A stretch of DNA of 64,000 nt, from NCBI GenBank assembly GCA_965208535.1, contig CBDBOU010000002.1:2883701-2947700 (forward strand), in the 5' to 3' direction. The stretch comes from Vicinamibacterales bacterium (GTDB lineage Bacteria > Acidobacteriota > Vicinamibacteria > Vicinamibacterales > UBA8438). Shown here piece after piece: positions 58,602 to 64,000 of this stretch (positions within the stretch are counted from its first letter, which is position 1; every line of letters starts with the position of its first letter). The position numbers and the translations under genes are program-made. The notes beneath the pieces were generated by a model. The model ran no database searches. It was not told the DNA's origin and saw only the letters and a list, made by a program, of their open reading frames with translations.

Positions 58602-59677
58602 GGCGTCGTAGAGGCTTCTCCGAAACGGGAATGGGGCGTCAGCATGGAGTCGTCGCCCAGTACCGCACCGGGGCCAAGGCGCGCGTGGTCGCCGATACGG
58701 CAACGACGGCCGACGATTGCCCCCTCCAGCGTCGCGCCGGCGCCGATGACGGACTCGGGCCAGACGACGCTGTCGCGCACCCTGGCCGCGGTCTGCACCA
58801 CGCTGTCACTTGCCAGCACGGCATGGGGGCCGACCTCGGCGTCGGCCTGCACGATTGCGCCGGACCCGACGAACGAGGGCGCCAGCAACCGCGCGGTCGG
58901 CGCTACGGTGGCGGTTGCGGATACGGTTGTCTCCCCGGGTCCGGTCAGGCCCGCGCTTCCCGCCCGGCAGCGGCCGTCGAGCAGGTCGCGGTGCGCCTGC
59001 CGGTAGGCCGCCGGGGTGCCTATGTCGAGCCAGTAGCCGCGCTCGACATAAGCTGCAAACGCTTCTCCGCGCTCGACCAGCGATGGGAAGTACAGCCGTT
59101 CTATCGAGTATTTCGCGCCTGCCGGAATCCGGTCGAACGTGTCGGGCTCGAGCACGTAGATCCCGGCGTTGATCGTGTTGCACGTGATCTGTGCCGGGTC
59201 GGGCTTCTCGAGGAACCGCGTGACGTTACCGTCGTCGTCCGTCTCGACCAGGCCGTAGCGCGCCGGATCCGCGACCGGTGCAAGCACGATCGTGGCGCGC
59301 GCGCCGCGCGTCCGGTGGCGTTCGACTACAGCGTTCAGATCCGTTCCGGTCAGCACGTCGCCATTGAAGACGATGGTCGTGCCGTCGAGGTGCGGCTCGG
59401 CGAACTTGATTGCCCCACCGGTTCCCAGCGGCTCCGGCTCGACGACATAGCGGATCGGTAGCCCGGCGTCCTCGCCCTGTCCCAGGACCGCCTCTATCCG
59501 ATCCGGATGATGGTTGAGGCTGAGGATGATCTCGTCGACTTCCGGCACCCGCCTCAGCAAGTCGATCTGGTGGTACAGAAACGGGCGATCGAAGATCGGT
59601 ACGATCGGTTTCGGCGTGTTGAGCGTGAGCGGACGCAGGCGTGTTCCGAATCCCCCCGCGAGCACGAGCGCCTTCAT
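58598..59677 (-). CDS. NDP-sugar pyrophosphorylase (mannose-1-phosphate guanylyltransferase-like) with a C-terminal left-handed beta-helix
   Basis: MKALVLAGGFGTRLRPLTLNTPKP, EPEPLGTGGA, then hexapeptide repeats. The stop overlaps the PMM start. Confidence 0.85.
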   Translation of the reverse strand: MKALVLAGGFGTRLRPLTLNTPKPIVPIFDRPFLYHQIDLLRRVPEVDEIILSLNHHPDRIEAVLGQGEDAGLPIRYVVEPEPLGTGGAIKFAEPHLDGTTIVFNGDVLTGTDLNAVVERHRTRGARATIVLAPVADPARYGLVETDDDGNVTRFLEKPDPAQITCNTINAGIYVLEPDTFDRIPAGAKYSIERLYFPSLVERGEAFAAYVERGYWLDIGTPAAYRQAHRDLLDGRCRAGSAGLTGPGETTVSATATVAPTARLLAPSFVGSGAIVQADAEVGPHAVLASDSVVQTAARVRDSVVWPESVIGAGATLEGAIVGRRCRIGDHARLGPGAVLGDDSMLTPHSRFGEASTTP

Positions 59678-59777
59678 CGATCCGGATCATAGCGCGTCGT
59701 CGCCGGGTCCCCGGCACGGCACGTCGTCCGGGGGCTCCGGGGTACAATGACGCGCGGGTCAAGCGTCGGAGCATCCC

Positions 59778-60404
59778 ATGAACCTGCCGAACACGCTTAC
59801 GTTGGCCCGGATCTTCCTCGTCCCGCTGCTGGTCGTGGTCTTGCTGACAAGGTTCGAGGCCGAGCGCATCTTCGGCATGCCGAGGGAGCTTCTCGGCGCG
59901 GTCATCTTCGGCACCGCCGCACTCACGGACTGGCTCGACGGCTATCTCGCCCGCCGCCGCGGGCAGGTGACGCAGCTCGGTCAGCTCATGGATCCGCTTG
60001 CCGACAAGCTGCTCATCACCGCCGCCCTCGTGTCGCTGGTCCAGATGGGAATGGCATCGGCCTGGATGGTCGCCGTCATCCTCGGACGGGAGCTGGCCAT
60101 CACCGTGTTCCGCAGCCTCACCTACACGCGCGGCGTGACGATTCCCGCGTCGTCCCTCGGCAAGGTGAAGATGGTCACGCAGGTGATCGCCATCCTGCTG
60201 CTGATTCTCGGCAACCAGGTCTGGCTGTTCTGGCTGCTGGGCCAGGCAGCCCTGTGGCTGGTGCTGGTAGCGTCGCTCTGGTCCGCCGTGGACTACTACC
60301 GCCGGTTCGGCGGTGTGCTGGCCCATTCGAAGGCGGCCCATCTCGATGCGCCGTCGTCTCGGGTCGACGACGCCATCGAGAAGAAGAGCGCCAACCTCGG
60401 CTAG
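59778..60404 (+). CDS. pgsA: CDP-diacylglycerol-glycerol-3-phosphate 3-phosphatidyltransferase-like
   Basis: NLPNTLTLARI.., and the TDWLDGYLARRRGQVTQLGQLMDPLADK motif. The TAG stop lies in the first 4 nt of repeat R1. Confidence 0.85.
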   Translation: MNLPNTLTLARIFLVPLLVVVLLTRFEAERIFGMPRELLGAVIFGTAALTDWLDGYLARRRGQVTQLGQLMDPLADKLLITAALVSLVQMGMASAWMVAVILGRELAITVFRSLTYTRGVTIPASSLGKVKMVTQVIAILLLILGNQVWLFWLLGQAALWLVLVASLWSAVDYYRRFGGVLAHSKAAHLDAPSSRVDDAIEKKSANLG

Positions 60405-60509
60405 GAGCTTGCGCCGCGGAACGCAGCGCAGCGGAGTGCTGCAGCGCAAGGTCATGGAGTGGGGGGGATGGGCCGAAACGCCGCGCCGGCGAGGCGTTTC
60501 GGGGCGCTG
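60401..60509 (+). repeat. Composite palindromic repeat R1 (full copy)
   Basis: CTAGGAGCTTGCGCCGCGGAACGC...GCAAGGTCATGGAGTGGGGGGGATGGGCCGAAACGCCGCGCCGGCGAGGCGTTTCGGGGCGCTG. The second hairpin is CCGAAACGCC/GGCGTTTCGG. Confidence 0.75.
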
Positions 60510-60520
60510 AGACCTGGGGG

Positions 60521-61339
60521 TTACGGGCTGTCGAGGTCCATGGCGACCTTCAGCTCAGCGATACGCAGGCTGGCGTCCTCGAGATACTCCGTAGAGGGGA
60601 ATTCGGAGACCAGGCGCTCGAACAGGGGGAGCGCCTCGGGCCCACGGTTCGTCGTCGCGAGCGCGTCGGCCAAGTGGAAGTAGACGGCGTCGCGGCGCGT
60701 GTACCCGGGATCCTCGTCGAGGATCTCGCGGAAGCGGTCGATGGCGCCCGGGTAGTAGCTGAGCCGGTAGTAGAACCGGCCGACCAGGAAATTCGAATCG
60801 CTGAGGCGGTCGCGGGCATCGCGCAGCCGCGCACGGGCGTCGGCGAGGAGCTGCGGGTTGGCGAACTCCGCGTATTGCTCGATGAAGGTCTCGAACTCGG
60901 CGATTGCGGATCGGGTCTCGGTCTGGTCCCGTTCAGGACGGCGCATCTGATTGAAATAGACCATGCCCAGCTTGAGCTGGGCTTCCGGGGCCAGCTCGTG
61001 CGTGGGCGGGTACAGGCGAAGGAACTCGCGGAGCTCGGTCAACGCCGAGATATAGGCGATGTCCGTACCCTCGCCTTCATACGAGTCGATGATGCCCAGG
61101 CGGGCCTGCGCGCGCAACGGGCTCTGCGGATAGTTGTCCCGGATCTGGACGAAGTACTCGCGGGCGGTCGACCAGGCTTCCTCGGTCAGCGCCTGCGTGC
61201 CACGCTCGAACAGGATCTGGTCGGCGTCCACTTCGGTGAGAGCGGGAATCACCAAGTCCTGGCCCCCGCAGGCGGTCAGCGCAAGCATGGCGGCGACGAT
61301 GATCGGGCGGGCCGGCGTTCGGGGGCCGGCCGGGCTCAC
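60521..61339 (-). CDS. bamD: Outer membrane protein assembly factor BamD
   Basis: Lipoprotein signal ..IIVAAMLALTAC; TPR-like repeats with the FYYRLSYYPGAIDRF block. Proposed start GTG 61339 overlaps the upstream TGA (GTGA). ATG 61369 is the alternative. Confidence 0.8.
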   Translation of the reverse strand: MSPAGPRTPARPIIVAAMLALTACGGQDLVIPALTEVDADQILFERGTQALTEEAWSTAREYFVQIRDNYPQSPLRAQARLGIIDSYEGEGTDIAYISALTELREFLRLYPPTHELAPEAQLKLGMVYFNQMRRPERDQTETRSAIAEFETFIEQYAEFANPQLLADARARLRDARDRLSDSNFLVGRFYYRLSYYPGAIDRFREILDEDPGYTRRDAVYFHLADALATTNRGPEALPLFERLVSEFPSTEYLEDASLRIAELKVAMDLDSP

Positions 61340-62286
61340 GGGGCGACGGAGAGAGACGTGGCTAGCCATTGGTACTCCGCATGAACGCCCTCCTCGAGGG
61401 GCACCTTCGGTACGAACTCCAGATCGGTCCGGGCGCGGGCGGTGTCGGCAAAGGTATCGCGCATGTCGCCCTTCTGCGGCGCTCTACGCTGTACGTCCGG
61501 CGCGCGCCCGGTGCAGTGCGCCAGGATCTCGATTGCCCGGTTCATCGAAACGCGCGACCCGCCGCCGATGTTGTAGACCGCGCCCGCAACGCCCCGTTCG
61601 CCGGCCGCCACCGTGGCGGCAACGGCGTCTTCCACAAACGTGAAGTCGCGCGTCTGTTCGCCATCGCCGTAGAGGCTCAGCGGCCGACCCGCAAGCATCG
61701 CGATCAGAAACCGGTGGAACGCCATGTCCGGCCGTTGGCGCGGACCGTACACCGTAAAGTAACGCAATGCCACCGCCGGCACGCCGCAATTCTCATGGTA
61801 GAGCATGCACAGGTGTTCCGCCGCGAGCTTGGTCACTCCGTATGGTGAGAGTGGTCCGGGGCGTGCGTCCTCGCGCATGGGGACGGCGACGCGATCTCCG
61901 TAGACCGACGAGCTCGAGGCGTAGACGAACCGTTCGAGCGGGTGGTCCCGGCAGGCTTCGAGCAGAACCTGGGTCGCTTCGATGTTGGCGGCCGTGTAGA
62001 TGGAGAAGTCTCGTCCCCAACTGCCGCGCACGCCGGCCTGCGCGGCAAGGTGGAACACGTGTGTCACGCCGTCCAGCAGAGAGGGCCATGCGGCCTGCCG
62101 GATGCTGGATTCGACGAACCGGAAACGAGCCCGTGCGCGCAGCGACACGAGGTTGGACTCCTTGACGGCGCGCGGGTAGTAGTCCGTGAAGCAGTCGATG
62201 CCGACTACCTCGTGGCCCTGCTCGATGAGTCGGTCGGACAGGTGCGACCCGACGAAGCCGGCGGCCCCGGTGACGAGAGCTCTCAT
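61336..62286 (-). CDS. NAD-dependent epimerase/dehydratase (UDP-sugar 4-epimerase-like SDR)
   Basis: VTGAAGFVGSHL Rossmann motif and a YGVTK catalytic Y.x3.K; 316 aa. Confidence 0.85.
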   Translation of the reverse strand: MRALVTGAAGFVGSHLSDRLIEQGHEVVGIDCFTDYYPRAVKESNLVSLRARARFRFVESSIRQAAWPSLLDGVTHVFHLAAQAGVRGSWGRDFSIYTAANIEATQVLLEACRDHPLERFVYASSSSVYGDRVAVPMREDARPGPLSPYGVTKLAAEHLCMLYHENCGVPAVALRYFTVYGPRQRPDMAFHRFLIAMLAGRPLSLYGDGEQTRDFTFVEDAVAATVAAGERGVAGAVYNIGGGSRVSMNRAIEILAHCTGRAPDVQRRAPQKGDMRDTFADTARARTDLEFVPKVPLEEGVHAEYQWLATSLSVAP

Positions 62287-62678
62287 GCCAGCATCGCCCG
62301 CAGGTCGGGCGGGATCCGCAGCAGCTTGCCGGAGGGGTCCATCGCCGCGTGGATTGTATGTCCTACCGCGAGCAGAGTCCGATCGACGTGCCGGCGGACC
62401 TCGTATCGAAATGCTACACGCGCCCGCGAACGCATCGCGCCCGTCGTGAGGACGTCGAGATCGTCGTCATAGCGAGCCGGGGCACGGTAGTCGCAGTGCG
62501 CCTCGACGACCGGCAACAACACCCCCTTGTCTTCCAGATCCCGGTACCGTCCGCCGAGGGAGCGCAACAACTCGCAGCGCGCCACCTCGAACCAGACGAA
62601 ATAGTTCGCGTAGTAGGCCACGCCCATCTTGTCGGTTTCCGCGTACCGCACACGAATCTGACACGAACCGGTGGTCAC
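62283..62678 (-). CDS. Acyl-CoA thioesterase (YbgC/4HBT hotdog fold)
   Basis: IRVRYAETDKMGVAYYANYFVWFEVAR is the classic YbgC-type N-terminus; 131 aa. Confidence 0.85.
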   Translation of the reverse strand: MTTGSCQIRVRYAETDKMGVAYYANYFVWFEVARCELLRSLGGRYRDLEDKGVLLPVVEAHCDYRAPARYDDDLDVLTTGAMRSRARVAFRYEVRRHVDRTLLAVGHTIHAAMDPSGKLLRIPPDLRAMLA

Positions 62679-62680
62679 GA

Positions 62681-63376
62681 CTACTGCGGGGAGCCCGCCG
62701 TCATGCCGGCCAGCGCCCGGTCGCGGAGCTGCCGGGTGGCCGCCGCCGCATCGGCGGCTCCGAAAATCGACGATGCGGCGACCAGGATCTCCGCTCCGGC
62801 CTCGACGATTCCGGCGGCGTTTTGCGGACCGACGCCGCCGTCGACCTCGACCGGCGCGCGGTTTCCGGCGCGATCCAGCAGATTCCGCACCTCGCGCACC
62901 CTGGATTCGCTCCGTGGAATGAAGAACTGGCCGGCGGCTCCAGGGTTGACCGACATCACCACGACATAGTCGACCGCGTCGGCCACCGCTTCCAGCATCG
63001 CGGTGGGGGTGCCGGGGTTGATGGCGACGCCGGCCGCGGCGCCGAGCGCCCGGATGTCGGAAAGGGTCCGATGCAGATGCGGCGATGCCTCGAGATGTAC
63101 GGACACCATCGCCGCTCCCGCCGCCACGAACGGTTCCAGATGTCGTTCGGGCTCGATCACCATCAGGTGCACGTCGAGCGGTATGGTGGCGACGCGCTCG
63201 AGCGCTTCCATGACTGGCAGGCCGATCGAGATGTTGGGGACGAATCGCCCATCCATGACGTCGACGTGCAACAGGTCGGCGCCCCCCGCCTCGACGGTGC
63301 GCACGGCGTCGCCGAGCGCTGCGAAATCTGCCGCCAGAATGGAGGGGGCGATCCGAATGTTCACGGCGGCCGTCAC
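62681..63376 (-). CDS. rpe: Ribulose-phosphate 3-epimerase
   Basis: IAPSILAADFAALG.., LHVDVMDGRFVPN and MSVNPG motifs. Confidence 0.95.
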   Translation of the reverse strand: MTAAVNIRIAPSILAADFAALGDAVRTVEAGGADLLHVDVMDGRFVPNISIGLPVMEALERVATIPLDVHLMVIEPERHLEPFVAAGAAMVSVHLEASPHLHRTLSDIRALGAAAGVAINPGTPTAMLEAVADAVDYVVVMSVNPGAAGQFFIPRSESRVREVRNLLDRAGNRAPVEVDGGVGPQNAAGIVEAGAEILVAASSIFGAADAAAATRQLRDRALAGMTAGSPQ

Positions 63377-64000
63377 CGGCTCACCTCGAGCGAGATGGTC
63401 TCGCTCTGGGCTATCTGCAGGCCGGGCTCGGGCGCCTGGCGGATGACGATGCCGGATGCCAGACCGGGATACGGGTGGTCGCCGACGACCGTCACGCGGA
63501 ATCCTCTCGCACGCAGGATCTCCGCCGCCCCGTCTCCGGCCACGCCGATCAGGTTCGGCATCACGTAGGTGCTGCCGCGTTCGCCGCGGTTGACCAGCAG
63601 GGAGACGCTCTCGCCGTTGCTGGCGGGGGGCGGCTCCTGGGCCACGACGGTGTCGGTGGGGTAGCGGTTCGAGCGGATCTCGGAAACGTTCTCCAACTGG
63701 AAGACGTTGTCCTGCAGCCGCTCCCGGGCCCCTGCCTCCGATTCGCCGATGAGCGCCGGCACCTCGCCACGGTTCGGGCCCGAGCTGAGCCAGAGCTTCA
63801 CGCTGCGCCGGCGTCGCGTCGTGAGGCCGGGAAGCGGTTCCTGCTCGGCCACCAGTCCCGCTTCGATGGCCGGGTGGATGCGGCGAAGGGACTCGATGCG
63901 CGTGTAGAGTCCGAGCTCGGCAAGTCTGCTCGCGGCGTCCTGCGGACTGATGCCGCGCAGGTCCGGCGTAGCTACTTCGCGGGTCTTCAGCGCGGCCTGC
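63373..64000 (-). CDS. PASTA-domain protein, C-terminal part (probably a PknB-type Ser/Thr kinase or PBP); the 5' end lies outside the window
   Basis: The frame stays open from 63373 to the window edge. Repeated PASTA-like units are present (VPALIGESEAGARERLQD.., MPNLIGVAGDGAAEILRARGFRVTV, TPDLRGISPQDAASRLAELGL). Confidence 0.75.
   Translation of the reverse strand, partial: QAALKTREVATPDLRGISPQDAASRLAELGLYTRIESLRRIHPAIEAGLVAEQEPLPGLTTRRRRSVKLWLSSGPNRGEVPALIGESEAGARERLQDNVFQLENVSEIRSNRYPTDTVVAQEPPPASNGESVSLLVNRGERGSTYVMPNLIGVAGDGAAEILRARGFRVTVVGDHPYPGLASGIVIRQAPEPGLQIAQSETISLEVSR

Overview
Visibly GC-rich bacterial chromosomal segment (GC not computed). The gene content looks like an Acidobacteriota-type organism; that is an inference from a VWFA-related domain protein, a CarboxypepD_reg-type TonB-receptor remnant and a PSCyt/DUF1549/DUF1553 + DUF1501 pair. 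Most of the window is housekeeping. It contains hemE-hemY-arginase; trxB; mnmA-iscS; acyl-CoA dehydrogenase-glpX; tsaC; yicC-gmk-coaBC-udg-priA; der; rpe; bamD; two pgsA paralogs; two bactofilins; and three tRNAs (Lys-TTT, Pro-GGG, Gly-CCC). Accessory content is as follows. (1) A minus-strand exopolysaccharide operon (UDP-xylose synthase, priming phosphoglycosyltransferase, four glycosyltransferases) sits opposite ugd and an MsbA-like ABC exporter. It is split by an intact IS with TG..CA ends and a perfect 8-bp target duplication. (2) An IS1380-family element lies beside tRNA-Lys and a decayed TonB-receptor pseudogene. (3) A five-gene co-directional cluster of secreted proteins of unknown function runs from tRNA-Pro to a perfect bidirectional terminator. 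(4) A tRNA-Gly/bactofilin/ATP-grasp/M20/rhodanese string is present. The strongest non-obvious signals are two. First, a peroxiredoxin-like gene is interrupted by one in-frame TGA exactly at the redox Cys position (U-x-x-C), making it a candidate selenoprotein missed by the ORF track. Second, a modular family of GC-rich palindromic repeats overlaps stop codons and writes near-identical C-terminal tails (R/Q-E-S-A-x-stop) onto four unrelated enzymes. No CRISPR array, restriction-modification or other recognisable defence system was seen. Many long ORFs in the track are antisense GC artefacts.
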